64,000 nucleotides of DNA from Candidatus Bathyarchaeota archaeon (GCA_963767735.1 CAVYES010000006.1:512001-576000), one strand, 5' to 3'; counted from the stretch's first letter, positions 1 through 12,219 are shown. Made by a program: numbers and translations. The notes: a model not told the origin generated them from the letters alone.

Positions 1-108
1 TAAACAAACGACGTTGCGATTGGTTAGTTTGGTCAGTGCGAGAGCGGTTACTAGTTGCCCAGGGCGAAAGGAAAAATAGGTTAAAAACTTACCGAAGATG
101 AGATAGGC

Positions 109-930
109 TTACTGTATCCCTATGTTTAACTCTCCGCTGGTGAAGGCCGCACCATTGCCACCGTTAGATGTTTGAAGTTGCACAAGGGGTTCAAAAACAT
201 TGTTAAATGAATAACTTCCCAAGTAATTTACAGTGTAATATTGGCCTGCCCCGCTGCCTATGAATTCTATGTATGCGTTGGTAACAACAACGTTAACAAC
301 TCCGTCAACGCAATTTAGGTGACCTTGTGGTCCATTGCCTGCTCCCGTGTTTACCCAATAATAAAAGAACGTGCTGTTCACAAAGTTTACATTCCAAATC
401 CACAGGTTAGAATTGACATCATTCAACGAGCTTTCAGCCATTATGCCTAGTTGATCTGGTTGAGCCCCAACCGACATAGTGTCCGTAAGAGTAACTGTGT
501 AGCTGGCTGGAACACTTAAACTCCAGTAATCAATCTCGTTTCCTGTCGTCATTGTTGTGTAACCAACTGTGTGTGTGTCAGAAAATGGAGGCGGAGTCGG
601 CGTTGGTACTGGCGTAGGAGTTGGTGCTGGTGTCGCTGTAGGTGTTGGAGTGGCAGTTGGTGCTGCGGTGGGTATTGCTGTGGGAGCAGAAGTTGGTGAT
701 GGCGTGGGGTTTGCTACTTTTATGAGAGTTGGAGTCGGGGAGGGTGAAGGCGTAGGCGTGGCTGTAGGCATGGGCGTAGGATTCGGTGTTGCCAAAGACG
801 ACGATGAATGTAACTTAATCGCTGCGACGGCTGCCACAACACCACTAATAACGATAATAACAACCAACGCAATAACAACCATTCTTGTAACGCCTGATTT
901 CGACGAAACAACGCGCATCTTATTTCGCAA
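109..930 (-). CDS. Membrane-anchored surface protein with Pro/Thr-rich linker
   Basis: N-terminal hydrophobic helix, long PT/PS repeat stalk, beta-rich C-terminal domain. Confidence 0.7.
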   Translation of the reverse strand: MRNKMRVVSSKSGVTRMVVIALVVIIVISGVVAAVAAIKLHSSSSLATPNPTPMPTATPTPSPSPTPTLIKVANPTPSPTSAPTAIPTAAPTATPTPTATPAPTPTPVPTPTPPPFSDTHTVGYTTMTTGNEIDYWSLSVPASYTVTLTDTMSVGAQPDQLGIMAESSLNDVNSNLWIWNVNFVNSTFFYYWVNTGAGNGPQGHLNCVDGVVNVVVTNAYIEFIGSGAGQYYTVNYLGSYSFNNVFEPLVQLQTSNGGNGAAFTSGELNIGIQ

Positions 931-1261
931 AATTTTTTTTCCCCTTTAAGTGTTTTTTGATCAGGAGAGAGTAATCGCTAAGTTCTTCTCTCCAGTTGAA
1001 GCTAGGTAAGTTTGAGATGTATATAAGAATCCATGGAGGATTGTTCCACAACCAAACAAGCGCCGTGACCAACTGCACATAAGCTGACATATGGTGTGCA
1101 TTAACAATTAATTTTGAAGAAAGAAATGAGTTGCTGTTTTTCGATACGGGTTTATGGGGCCATATTACAGAATCAGATATAATGAGACAAATGAAACATG
1201 ACTTATAACACGAAACAGCTTAACTCAATTATAGAAAATAACTCTAGACGAGGAGATTAAA

Positions 1262-1597
1262 TTGACGTTAACTCTAATCGAAAATTATCCTAAAAGACGT
1301 GACAAACTCGTAATTATGGCGGAAATCGTAAGCATCGCAAAAAAAGGCACATCGAAAACCCACATAATGTTTAAAGCCAACCTCAGTTTCAGCCAACTCA
1401 ACCAATTCCTCACGCTGCTCTCGCAGACCAGTCTTCTCGAAAAATCAGCATGCGACGGCAGAGTAATCTATAGGGCCACACAAAAAGGCTTAGACTTTAT
1501 GGAGAGACAACAACAAATAATGGATCTGCTAAACGAAGATGTACGTGCCTACAGAAACGGTGTTAAAACTCCACTATTCTGCATTAACAATTTCTAA
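1262..1597 (+). CDS. Winged-helix transcriptional regulator (archaeal HTH_45-like)
   Basis: KRRDKLVIMAEI..KTHIMFKANLSFSQL..YRATQKG pattern; GGAG RBS upstream. Confidence 0.8.
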   Translation: MTLTLIENYPKRRDKLVIMAEIVSIAKKGTSKTHIMFKANLSFSQLNQFLTLLSQTSLLEKSACDGRVIYRATQKGLDFMERQQQIMDLLNEDVRAYRNGVKTPLFCINNF

Positions 1598-1835
1598 AGA
1601 AGTTAACCTTTCCCTCACTAACCGCACAAAAAAATTTTCAAATTTCTAACTTGCGTTGCTGAGACGAAAAATTTTCGTTTTTTTGGTGAGGAAGAAATTC
1701 CATCGCGCGCTGGTTTGTCCCTAAAATGCTACGAGCAAAGTCAGAAGATTAGAAAAAGTTGCAGCGCACGCTTAAACATAAAGTTAAAAATTCAGATATT
1801 CTTCTAGAAAGAGCGGTGCAATAGGCTGGTTAAGC

Positions 1836-2198
1836 ATGAAAAGATTCGAACCTAGGAGAACAGTTATCAAATGTGAGAAATGCGGCGGACGCATAAAAAG
1901 TGGAGAAGAAATTAAAATTGGAGGTATCAGGAAGAAATACTATCACCCTAAATGTTACGAACAAGTTGAAAAAGTCATAACAACCATGCACACGCCGCGC
2001 GATAATACCGGTGCTTCTGTTAAGAATCTGGTCAAGAGTAATCAAACGTTGACTTATTATTGTCCACATTGTGGGGCACCGCTGAAAATCGAGACAAACT
2101 CGCCTCAAATCCAAAAGTTCTGCAAACGCTGCAGAGGCGACTTGGGCGTCCTCGACATGGGCAAGCTAATGCGCGAATTGGACGGCAAAAGTAAGTGA
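1836..2198 (+). CDS. Small zinc-finger protein
   Basis: CEKC, HPKC, CPHC and CKRC pairs. Confidence 0.65.
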   Translation: MKRFEPRRTVIKCEKCGGRIKSGEEIKIGGIRKKYYHPKCYEQVEKVITTMHTPRDNTGASVKNLVKSNQTLTYYCPHCGAPLKIETNSPQIQKFCKRCRGDLGVLDMGKLMRELDGKSK

Positions 2199-2350
2199 AA
2201 TTGTAGCCCGCGCACTCAAATCATTCTTTTTCTCAGTTGCTCAGTTTTTATGCAGACTAAGGCTTTAATGGAACAGCGAGCCGCGCTGCCTTGTCACGTA
2301 CGCGCGCTAAAATGACTCTTTGTGTTAACGGCAAACAAACAACATCCACA

Positions 2351-2450
2351 TAGGATATTCTAGGATATTTTAGGATATTTTAATATACAACCTGCAAACG
2401 ATTTAGGTTTTGCTTCAAAAAAGCAACCCAAACCAGCCTGAACAGAAATG
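2351..2450 (+). repeat. Decamer-array + CAACCTGCAAAC repeat, copy 1 (unit TAGGATATTY x3)
   Basis: 10 bp tandem units at 2351, 2361, 2371; conserved block starts at 2388. Confidence 0.8.
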
Positions 2451-2555
2451 GCAACACCACTGTTGTTGTTCTATCAGACAAAGAAACAATAAAAGCAGTC
2501 ACCAACGCCAAAAAAACAACAAGTTAAACATCCCAAACTAGCGCGGCGCGCAATA

Positions 2556-2996
2556 TCAAGTTCTGTTCTTTTTTTGCTCAATTGCTTTCTTTGCTAAAAC
2601 AACAGCGTCTTCTCTTGTTTTGCCAAACAGTGCGCCGATTTTGTCTGCGTCTTCTTTAGTTACTGCTGCACCCCCAATCATGATTACAGTTTTGCCCTTT
2701 AGGCCTTCATGTTCAATAGCTGAAATTAGCTTTGGAAGATTCTCCTTAGCGGCTGTGAGCAAAACAGATACTACAATTATGTCGGCATTTACCTCTTTAG
2801 CTTTTGAAGCAAAAGTTTCTGGAGAGACCCCTTTCCCAACATCAACAGTTTTGAACTGCGCGAGTTTAAGAGATCTTCTAACCATGTCTTTAGCAGTGTC
2901 CATTACTTCAGGGTGAAGAGTGCCTATCACAACGGTTCCAATTGGATTGACTGGTTCAGGTGGTTCTTTCTCTCTCATAGCTTTAAGCCAAGACAT
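2556..2996 (-). CDS. Stand-alone cobalamin-binding (corrinoid protein-like) domain
   Basis: VVIGT..DVGKGVSPETF..ADIIVVS..IMIGGAAVT pattern; canonical DxHxxG absent. Confidence 0.75.
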   Translation of the reverse strand: MSWLKAMREKEPPEPVNPIGTVVIGTLHPEVMDTAKDMVRRSLKLAQFKTVDVGKGVSPETFASKAKEVNADIIVVSVLLTAAKENLPKLISAIEHEGLKGKTVIMIGGAAVTKEDADKIGALFGKTREDAVVLAKKAIEQKKNRT

Positions 2997-3116
2997 TTCA
3001 AAACTAACTCCTATTTCTTTACTAATTTATATTCAGAGACTCTCTTAATGTTGCTGTTAATTTGCGCGTAATCTGGCACAAAAATAATTGTTGATGAAAG
3101 CCTGTCTCTTGATAGC

Positions 3117-4799
3117 TCATACAACAACACCATTGACATAATCGAGAATTGCTTTTAAATCCTCGTCCGGGGTTTTTAGAGGCTTTATTTTTAGCCTTTC
3201 TATTATTTTTGGGGTCATGAATGCGGGAAGAGTAGGTCCTAAACGAATGTTTACACCTAAATAGAAAAGAGACAACAGAATGGCTACAGCCTTTTGCTCA
3301 TACCACGAAAGTATAAAAAACAACGGCAATTCACTCATCCGAACTTTGAATATTTCTTCAAAAGCTTGGGCTACCTTAACAGCTGAGTAGGCATCGTTGC
3401 ATTGTCCAATATCTAGCAATCTAGGGATGCCGTCGATCTGACCTATGTCCTTGTCGAAAAACCGAAATTTCCCACAAGCCAAAGTCAGTACAAGGGAGTC
3501 ATTAGGGCTCTTCTCAACGAACTCAGTGTAGTAATTGCGTCCTGGTTTGGCACCGTCGCAGCCAGCTACGAGGAAGAAAGAATTGATGTGTCCCTTCATT
3601 ACTGATTCAGTTATGTTTTCTACCAATGAAAGAAAAGATTTTCTGGCATAACCGACAGTCACTTTTTTGTCCGTTTTGTCTTGTGTGAATCCTGGCATTT
3701 CCAATGCTTTTTCTATGACAGGTGAGAAGTCGCCGCACCTAAGGTCAGAACACTCTAAGTGAGTTACCCCTGGCCAGCCTACAGGACCGGAAGTGAATAG
3801 GTTTCCTTTGTAGTTTTCTGCGGGCTTTTGAAGACAGTTCGTGGTCATCAGAATTGCTCCAGGAAAATTCGCGAATTCTTTTTGTTGATTTTGCCATGCA
3901 GTCCCATAGTGGCCGAAAAAGTGAGAATACTTCTTTAACTTGGGATAGCCATGTGATGGGAGCATCTCTCCGTGTGAGTAAACATAGATGCCTTTGCCTT
4001 GGCTTTGCTTTAGAATTTCGTCTAAATCTTTTAAGTCGTGACCTGACACCAGAATTGCCTTGCCTTTCCTATGGCCTAGCGGAACCTGCGTAGGAACTGG
4101 ATGACCGTAGGCTTCTGTGTTTCCACTGTCCAAGAGTTCCATAGCTCTTATGTTGATTTCTCCACATTTCAAAGCGAGATCAAAAAAGTCATCAACACCT
4201 AACGAGTTGTCCAGAGTTGCTGCGAGGCCTTGCTGAATGAACTCGAAGACTTTATCATCCTTTTTTCCAAGGCGATAAGCATGATAGGTGTAAGCTGCTA
4301 CTCCTTTTATCCCGTAAATGAGCAGCCAATGAAGCCCATGCAAGTCAGGGTCGTTTGAGGAATCAAGGTTAATTCCAACATCTTTTCCTTGTCTAATCAG
4401 GCCTTCTTCAGTCTTTTCAAGCAGCATATCGACTGGACCATGAAATTCGACATCTCCTCCGGCTGTTCGCACTTTTTCACGGAGAGCGTCACGAAGCCGC
4501 ACTGACTTGTTAATGTATTCGATTAGTGTGTTTGGGTCAAAGTTAACATTAGTTAATGTGGCGAAAGCCGACTCGCAAATGAACAGGTTTAACTGCTCAT
4601 CTTTAACCCCCATTTTTTGTCCTTCTAACGCTAACTGCGACAATCCTCTCAGCATGTAGATCAATAAATCTTGAAGCGCACTCACTTCGGGATTTTTCCC
4701 GCAAACACCAAAAGTTGTGCAGCCTTTCCCTTCAGCAGTTTGCTCGCATTGATAACAAAACATTTGACTTTTGTTCACCACATTACACCTATTATTCAA
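3117..4799 (-). CDS. hcp: Hybrid cluster protein (hydroxylamine reductase)
   Basis: MFCYQCEQTA..GCT..GVCGK, SGHDL, HGEMLP, GCDG, GQCND and LSWYEQKA motifs; true start may be at MFCYQC. Confidence 0.95.
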   Translation of the reverse strand: MNNRCNVVNKSQMFCYQCEQTAEGKGCTTFGVCGKNPEVSALQDLLIYMLRGLSQLALEGQKMGVKDEQLNLFICESAFATLTNVNFDPNTLIEYINKSVRLRDALREKVRTAGGDVEFHGPVDMLLEKTEEGLIRQGKDVGINLDSSNDPDLHGLHWLLIYGIKGVAAYTYHAYRLGKKDDKVFEFIQQGLAATLDNSLGVDDFFDLALKCGEINIRAMELLDSGNTEAYGHPVPTQVPLGHRKGKAILVSGHDLKDLDEILKQSQGKGIYVYSHGEMLPSHGYPKLKKYSHFFGHYGTAWQNQQKEFANFPGAILMTTNCLQKPAENYKGNLFTSGPVGWPGVTHLECSDLRCGDFSPVIEKALEMPGFTQDKTDKKVTVGYARKSFLSLVENITESVMKGHINSFFLVAGCDGAKPGRNYYTEFVEKSPNDSLVLTLACGKFRFFDKDIGQIDGIPRLLDIGQCNDAYSAVKVAQAFEEIFKVRMSELPLFFILSWYEQKAVAILLSLFYLGVNIRLGPTLPAFMTPKIIERLKIKPLKTPDEDLKAILDYVNGVVV

Positions 4800-5047
4800 T
4801 TAATCGCCCAACGTAAATATCTCTTCCCTCATTAGTAAGGGCTCCAACGGTTTGGACTGGGTAGCGCGCCGCCTTGTCCCGATATTATGTGTTGAAGAAA
4901 GTAGATGAGACTCTTTGTCGTGTCTGCCGATGTTTTCTGCGGCCTCTGTTCAGAACCAAGCACAATATGCTGTGCAAGGCGTAGCATGCAACGTTTTCTA
5001 AGCTTCGGACTTTGTTCGTGGCATTTTAGGGACAAACCAGCGCGCTG

Positions 5048-5190
5048 TTGACTTTTATTGACGTTTTTTGACTTTTCTTGACGTCTATTGACTTTTTTTG
5101 ACTTTTATTGACGCAACCTGCAAACAATTCAAACCCTAAACCAAAAAAACAACCCAAAACAAACAGAACAAAAATTTGCGACAAAATAAC
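5048..5190 (+). repeat. Decamer-array + CAACCTGCAAAC repeat, copy 2 (TTGAC every 10 bp x7)
   Basis: TTGAC at 5048, 5058 ... 5108; conserved block starts at 5114. Confidence 0.85.
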
Positions 5191-5402
5191 TGTATTCTGC
5201 ACAAACAATAACACACCAAAAATTAGAGACAGAGCAGCGCGCTTAAACGCAGAACCTTGAAATTTAATGCTTTAGCCGTCGAGTTTGGGCTGAGCTTGGC
5301 GAGTTTAAAAAAGTTGGTTATTGGGAATTCATAAATCAATTATAGCGTCTGCATCAAAAAGATGGTTCACTTCAGGCTCCAGAAAGAAACGGTGAATGGC
5401 TT

Positions 5403-6929
5403 ATGAAAAAAGTTTGGAATACCCGTATCGGAAATATAACATTAAGTAAAATTTTGCCCATTTCAGTTCTTTGTCTCATATTACTATTTCCAAGTTTTAT
5501 TGATTGCAAAGCGGTAACCGCGACGAGCTCTAGTCCACTCACCTTCGAGAGCATCGCTCAGCCCTTTCAAGCTATTGACAATAACAACTGGTACACAGGC
5601 TCGAATGAGTCAACTCCACTGGTGGATGTGAACTATACGGAAATGATGCCTCAGGCTGATACGCTTGACCGGAGCATGGTGCTAACCTACGGAAAGGATG
5701 CAACTTCCCTCCCAACTACGGTGTCTATGCATCTTATTTACTGGTTCAATCCGGGTGGCATGAACGACTCATTTTCAAGTTACCCAAACTATAACTCGCA
5801 AGTGTTGAACTGGACGCAACTGAACGGCATAGGACTTGTGCTATCTGATACTGGAAGCTTTGGTAGCACTGCAACATGGGATACGACGTATTCGTTCAAT
5901 GGATTCGATATCATTAACGGAACTGCACAACAGTTAAGTCTTAGCCAAATTGGAAATTCAACGGATTACGCGTATATGCTCAACAATCAAGTTGGCAGCA
6001 TCTCGTATGCTAACTGTAGTGCGGCGTCAATCAGTCCCGTAACGTTATCCACTGAAAAAACTAGCTATAATGGTGACGCTGTAACCGACAGTATAGCAAC
6101 ATTCAACGTGACCATGGAAGCGCAGATAATCAACTGTCAACTGACTGCAGGAGGACCAAATACCCCTCCACTTCCACCACATCAAACTTTAAGCAACGTC
6201 CCAGTTACTCTTATGTTTCAAATTACAGAGAACTCCGCTTATACGGCGTACAAGTACGGCGTGAACGTTGATTGGAGCGCAGATAACGCTTTCCCAACTA
6301 CGGGATTGAATAATGGAGACAGCTTCAGTTTAGTATCAGCTGATAGTTTAGGTTTCACAATAATCCAAAATGCCATCGCTTCGACGCCAGTCTCCTTCTT
6401 CCCCACGGATGCTAAGAATGACAGTGCCATCTATTCGATCAACGGCACAGAAATCTGCCAAGAACTCTTCCCATTAAACTACACGATAAATGGGAGCTCA
6501 CAAACGTACAACACCACACGTTTCTACGTTCCAACCCAGAATTACGTTCAAAGCCCAGACCCCAGCCTAGCTAGGAACTCTTCCACGATGTATGTCTGCT
6601 TTGACGGATTCTACTACAATCAAAGCACAGGATTCTCATTTGACCCAACCGTAATCACCTACAACTCAGCTAATAGCACCGGTACCCCCTCTCCCACAAA
6701 TAATCCAAGTCCAAGTCCGACGCCCTCAACCACAGGTTCACAATCAAACCCAAGCCCATCAACTTTCCCAACAACGACAACAGGCACACAGGAACCTTCA
6801 CCAACGATTGCAGAGTTTCCATCGTCACTTGTAATCCTAACAATATTCATGGGAATATCACTATCTATTTCAATACTTGTAGCGTCAAGGAAAAGTAAAA
6901 TAATTCAGGCTCAGAATGCAAAAACGTAA
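5403..6929 (+). CDS. Secreted surface glycoprotein with C-terminal PEF-like sorting signal
   Basis: Signal peptide, many NxS/T sequons, S/P/T linker, PTIAEFP + TM helix + RKSK tail. Confidence 0.8.
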   Translation: MKKVWNTRIGNITLSKILPISVLCLILLFPSFIDCKAVTATSSSPLTFESIAQPFQAIDNNNWYTGSNESTPLVDVNYTEMMPQADTLDRSMVLTYGKDATSLPTTVSMHLIYWFNPGGMNDSFSSYPNYNSQVLNWTQLNGIGLVLSDTGSFGSTATWDTTYSFNGFDIINGTAQQLSLSQIGNSTDYAYMLNNQVGSISYANCSAASISPVTLSTEKTSYNGDAVTDSIATFNVTMEAQIINCQLTAGGPNTPPLPPHQTLSNVPVTLMFQITENSAYTAYKYGVNVDWSADNAFPTTGLNNGDSFSLVSADSLGFTIIQNAIASTPVSFFPTDAKNDSAIYSINGTEICQELFPLNYTINGSSQTYNTTRFYVPTQNYVQSPDPSLARNSSTMYVCFDGFYYNQSTGFSFDPTVITYNSANSTGTPSPTNNPSPSPTPSTTGSQSNPSPSTFPTTTTGTQEPSPTIAEFPSSLVILTIFMGISLSISILVASRKSKIIQAQNAKT

Positions 6930-7252
6930 AAAAGATACCAGAGGTTCCTTCTGCTAATCCTTGCGACCTTGAACCTTTCACCGGCTATCATTTACAACCG
7001 TCAGAATAGCCCTTGTTAGTGAAGGCTCATAGAGGGACTTGGACAATTTTATAAACGAAACTCGGATAGGACTCCATACCTCAGCTAACTATGTGGATTT
7101 TGACTCAATGGAGTCAGATTTGATTTTGGGCAACGTTAATAAAAAAATGCCCAACCTTTTCGGAAAGTGAGTTGTGGGAATTGGGTTTCATCTGTGAGCT
7201 CGATAACTTTGGTAACAGTGCTAACTTAGAAACTTTATCCAGAGTAAAAAAC

Positions 7253-10241
7253 TCATTGTACACTTTGGTGGTTTTCTTGTTCGTTCTTGTTCTGTTTTGG
7301 AATAGCTATGGTGAATTTTGCACCTTGGCCCGGCTCGCCCTCTTCTGCTATTACCCAACCGTAGATACCCATCATTTTCTTTATGAAGAACAGCCCTAAG
7401 CCAGTATTGCTCCCGGTGCTAAAACCCTCAGTAAAAAGCTTTGGTTTGTTCTCTGCCGGAATGCCGACTCCATCATCCTCATAGACCAAGATCAACCCAC
7501 CCGACTTTTCCCGTTCGCAATGCACTTTTATGGTTGTGGCTTTTTCGCCGTATTTTCTTGTGTTATCGATGAAATTGTAGAACATTTGTCTAAGGAACGA
7601 ATCCGCCAGAACTCGCACGCCGTGGCAGTTGTTAACCACCTTGATTGTTAAGCCTGAGAAAAGAGCTACAGCCTCATCCACAGACTTTCCAACATCAACG
7701 TAACTTAACTCTTCAACACCCAGTTGCTCGTACATTTTGGCGAACTCAAAAATCTTTACCGAATCCTTAACTGCCAACTCAATCTTGCTCAATCCCTCAG
7801 CAATGTCTGCCTGATCCGCATGTTTCTTCTTGAGCAAATACGCGTAACCATTCGCCGCTGAAAGCTTGTTTCGGACATCATGTCTAGTTAGGCTGCCAAC
7901 CACACGCAACTTCTCATTCATCAACTCAATTCTAACGTTGTTTTCTTTCAGTTTCTTCTCTGCCTCCTTTCTTTCAGTGACATCTCGCTACACTGAGGAT
8001 TAGTTTTTTGCCTCCTAACTCAATTAGGCGTACATGGAGTTCTACCGGCAACAAGGATTTGGCCTTGCACACCTCCACAGACTCGAAAACTGCACTACCA
8101 TTTCTAAGTAACTCGCTAATTCTGGACTTAACTAATTTTGCAGATTCCGGGGTATCTAAATCTTGAATTTTCATTTTTGCCATTTCTTCTTTGGTGTAGC
8201 CGCGCAGCTTGTAAGCTGCCTCATTAAATTTAACAATGTTTCCATCCATATCATGCACAAAAATCGAGTCAGAAGCTAAATCAAAAATGCTGGCAGCTAT
8301 TTTCAGTTCCACTTCAGCTTTCTTGCGTTCCGTAATATCTATGACCAAACCTCTAACCCCTGTTACTCTGTTTTCAGAAAAGATAGGGCTGATCCTAACA
8401 AGCGAAGAATATGTGGCACCCTTTTTTGTAAAAAGAGTATACTCATGAGTGCCGATGTCTTCTCCTGTCAGTATCTTCTTCAGGTTTTCACTCGCTATTT
8501 CTAACTCTTCAGGAACAACAAAAGACAACATATTCAAACCCTTTTCGAACTCTTCTCGCGTAAAGCCTGTTATCTCAAAACCTTGTCTATTCAAGAATGT
8601 TATCCTACCAGTCAAGTCTGCCTCAAAAACAATCTCTGGCAAAAAATTGGCGAGTTCCCTGTACCTCACCTCACTTTTTCTCATTATCTCTTCGGCTTTC
8701 TTGAGTTCAGAGATATCGGTTACTATTCCCATAATAGCCCTATCGCCGTTGTATTCTATGAGTGCTGTGTTGATTATTGCATTAATTCTCTTGCCATCTC
8801 GCGTGATGAGCACGTATTCATATGGAGGAACGATTTCGCCTCTCATATGCTTTGAATAAGCTAACTTTAATGTTTCAACATATTCGGGGGGATTGAGAGA
8901 AAGAAAATTAAAGTTAGGAGAATAAAAGTCCTCTCTACTGTATCCCGTTATTTCTTCGCTTTTCTTGTTAGCGTAAACTACTCTGCCTTGTTTGTTTATG
9001 AAGATTATATTAGGTGATTCCTCTGCAAGTTTTTTGAATTTTTCCTCGCTTTCTTTTAATGACTCTTCAATTTTCTTGCGTTCAGTGATGTCTTCGCAGA
9101 ATGCAACTAGTTTTCCATCTGGGAGTCTTTTGGAGTTCAAACTGACTTCGATTATTGTACCGTCTCTTTTTCTAAGTCTCATTTCTCCAGCAAAATGTCC
9201 CTTTTCCTTAAGTTTGTTAAACCTGCTTCGGCTATAATGGTCTTCTTTGGGAACAGCTTGATCAGTGGTCATATTCAATAATTCTTCCCTTGAATAACCG
9301 AGCATAGTGCAGGCAGCATCATTTACATACTCATATTTTGCCTCATTATCCGCAACAAAAACAGAAACAGGAGAACTCTCCAAATAAGCCCTAAGAGTCT
9401 TCTCAGAAAGAGAAAGAGCTAACTCAGCGTTTTTGCGTTCAGTAATGTCAATTATTGATCCTTCCACAATTTCTTCTTCAGTATAAATCTTGGATGACAG
9501 TAAGCAGTTCTTGATCTCACCCTGCTTGCTAACCAGCTTTATTTCGACATCAACCAATTGCCCCATAGCTTGAAGAACTTTTACCAACTTTTCTCGCTCC
9601 GCAGCGTCTTTATAGTAAAACGTTGCCGGAGTACCCTTCATTTCTTCACGACTGTAACCGAGAATCTGAAGCAGCTTTTCATTAATATCTAAAATTTCCG
9701 AACTATGCAACCTAGTTCTAAACATTCCCACTTCAGCGGAGTTGAAAAGTCTGAGGTATTTTGCCTCTGACTCTGCAAGACGCCTTATTGAGTTCTTTCG
9801 TTCTGTTGCTTTTGCAATTGTATGGGATAGTTCAGCGTAAACTGTTTCTGGGTCACCCTGCTTGTTAATGTACGCGTCAGCGCCGAGGTTTAGAGCTTTT
9901 ATGGCTACTTCTTCTCTGCCCTTTCCAGTAAACAAGATAAAAGGAATTTCATTAGTTTGTGCACGCAGCTCTTTTAGAAACTGTAAGCCGTCCTTTTGAG
10001 GCATCTCATAATCAGAAATCACAACATCATAGTTGCCATTTGGTATTTTCTTGAAGGCTTCATCCACGCAACAAGCGTGGTCAATTTCGAAGTTGCCCAT
10101 ATCCATCAGAAGCAGCTTTGAGATTTCGAGAACGGTTGGATCATCATCTACATGCAAAATATGAATTATGTTCTTTTCGTTTGAAGGCTTTAAATTGGCC
10201 CCTTCGACGGTGACTCTGCACTCTTGTTCATACGTTTGCAA
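7253..10241 (-). pseudogene. REC-multiPAS histidine kinase split by one frameshift near 7980
   Basis: ORF 7974..10241 (REC + PAS repeats) and ORF 7253..7924 (RHDVRN H-box, HATPase) rejoin as ..SVARDVTERKEAEKK.. if 2 bp are restored; could be a sequencing error. Confidence 0.8.
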
Positions 10242-10510
10242 TAGCCAAAGCTCCAGGTTACCTATGCTTGATTAAATTTGTAATAAATCAGTTATGAATC
10301 TCAAATACTGATTGCAGGTTGCTTCAATTTTCATCAAATGAAAAATGCTCGTTGTTTGCGTTTTGATTTGTTGAGTTGATTTTACGCTCTTTTATGAAAA
10401 CTCAGACATAATCCACTTTACTGGTAAAAACTTGTGGGCTGATTTTCAGAAATATTGGTAAATAAGCTACGACTGCGCCTATTTAGCAAAAATAACCTCG
10501 AAAATGGCTT
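10153..10510. repeat. 358 bp apparently identical direct repeat, copy 1 (partner 16466..16823)
   Basis: By-eye alignment at offset 6313; covers kinase 5' end, promoter and att arm. Confidence 0.85.
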
Positions 10511-10559
10511 GCGAAAAAGCGGCGGGAGGGCGATAATAGCCCCAATTTATTAGTAAAAA
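10417..10559 (-). repeat. tRNA-Ser att-like repeat A
   Basis: TTTACTGGTAAAAA box, arm, eroded core GCGGCGGGAGGGCGAT (10519-10534), eroded right box TTTATTAGTAAAA. Confidence 0.75.
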
Positions 10560-10676
10560 GCTTTTGAAGCCATTGCTAGCATACAGTCAACAAGCGCTAT
10601 AGGTACAAATCCCAGCGGCCTACCACTACACCAGAAGCTTTACAACTTTAACTTAGCAAGCAGCCTAAAACGAAAG

Positions 10677-11081
10677 CTACTTTATCTTTTCAATAGTTAC
10701 TTTGTCATCGTACTCTTGGAATGAAATTTTGAATAACTTAAAAAAATCGTATCTTCCTAATATATAGGGCACCTCATTGATCAAAGCCACTGCGATTTTC
10801 ACTTTTACCACGTTATCTTCAAGTCTAAAGCTAACATCCTGTAATGACAGTGGGACTATTGCTTCTCCTATGCCTCTGATTTGGCCTAAACAAGAGGAAA
10901 GGTCTAAGCCTAAAAGTGCCCCGAAATTCCTTGGAACAAGCGATATGTCTGCTCCCGAATCAATATACATAATCACTGGAAACCAATCACAATTTTCAGT
11001 TCCGATCTCCAACTGAGCAACAGGTCTGAGAATGTCTCCTAGAAGCCCTGATTTCTCTTTTCTGTAGACAAATTCAACCAA
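10677..11081 (-). CDS. Retropepsin-like aspartyl protease
   Basis: YIDSGADISL catalytic motif and ILGRYDF. Confidence 0.8.
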   Translation of the reverse strand: MVEFVYRKEKSGLLGDILRPVAQLEIGTENCDWFPVIMYIDSGADISLVPRNFGALLGLDLSSCLGQIRGIGEAIVPLSLQDVSFRLEDNVVKVKIAVALINEVPYILGRYDFFKLFKISFQEYDDKVTIEKIK

Positions 11082-11283
11082 TCAAGAGCACCAATGTATC
11101 TTCTCTCGGCACGAAAGCTAGAACAGGACGTTTCCCTGGACATTTCTTTTTGGCGCTTTCCCAAACTTCCTTTGGGTCGTATCCACTCGCCACCACTTTG
11201 TCTTCGACTATAGCAATATGTTTTCCACTGTACTTCTTGTTGATTTTATCTGCATTTGTCAGGTAGAAACTGAGTTCTTTCAT
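11074..11283 (-). CDS. DUF5678-like small protein coupled to the aspartyl protease gene
   Basis: KKYSGKHIAIVEDKVVASG pattern; overlaps the downstream start. Confidence 0.7.
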   Translation of the reverse strand: MKELSFYLTNADKINKKYSGKHIAIVEDKVVASGYDPKEVWESAKKKCPGKRPVLAFVPREDTLVLLIG

Positions 11284-11582
11284 AATGATACTTGAAGTAC
11301 AGGGATATATAAATCACTTTTTTGCAGGATCGTGCGTAACCTGAGCTGGAGCAATTTAGTAATACAAACCTTGGAGGGTCTTACGATCAGATATTCTCTT
11401 CCATGTTAACAGTACTGAAGGGGGTAAGGTAAACGTTAAAGGTTAATTCGCGCTACCCAGAATGAACCACTCTCCCATTGAATGTCTCTACTAAGAAGAA
11501 AATGGAAATGGCTTGATAGAAGAAGCAGAATTAGCGAAATCCCCCATATCTTGGTTTAAATTCCAGCAGCCTCTGTTGCTTG

Positions 11583-11726
11583 TTTTTACTGGTAAAAACT
11601 TTGCGCTGATTTCAGAAATTTCGTTGAACAAGCATAAATTGTGCTTATTTAGTAAAAATAACATCAAAACAGCCTGAAAAATTGGCGCCGGGAGGAGGCC
11701 CCCAGCACCTTTTTACCAGTAAAAAA
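11583..11726 (-). repeat. tRNA-Ser att-like repeat B
   Basis: TTTTTACTGGTAAAAA ... TGGCGCCGGGAGGAGG (11683-11698) CCCCCAGCAC CTTTTTACCAGTAAAAA. Confidence 0.85.
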
Positions 11727-12219
11727 TGGTTAGAGTGAGCTAGAACAGACTTGCCTCCAAACCAGGTTATGATTCCCTATCGTTAACTTACTTGCTTTTA
11801 GGTAAAAGAGGCTTTAGGCAAGTTCGCCGAGTTGCCGACCTGAACAGGTTCAAATCCACAATATATATGCAACGCTTTTTCAAAAATCAGCATTTCTTTT
11901 GCTTAACCCGGGTCCGAAAGGACTTGCGCTTCCAAAAGCACATTTACACTGTATCTTTTCTTTTTTTGATAAGTTAATTTATTTTTTTGTCATAAATTTT
12001 TCATAGACTAGTTTAGTCTAGCATTCCGCTGTCGACATTCACACTACAATTTTTGCGTTTTAGCGCTCCCTCTTTTATTGTTCAGTCAGGTTTTTACGCA
12101 TAATGGTTGTTACGCACAAGTTGTTAATACTGAATTTAGTCTTCCTGTAAAGCGGATTAAGTATGAGGCGTTCCAAAATAAAAAGTGGTGGATGTTAAGG
12201 CATAAGTTGGTGTACTTTC

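Noticed and set aside
569-949. Gly/Val-rich ORF and the many other short antisense ORFs in the track
   Set aside because: Shadow frames of real genes on the opposite strand (here the Pro/Thr linker)
5026-5214. 62 aa ORF across decamer repeat copy 2
   Set aside because: A 10 bp period is not codon-compatible and the ORF track shows no equivalent ORF at the other copies
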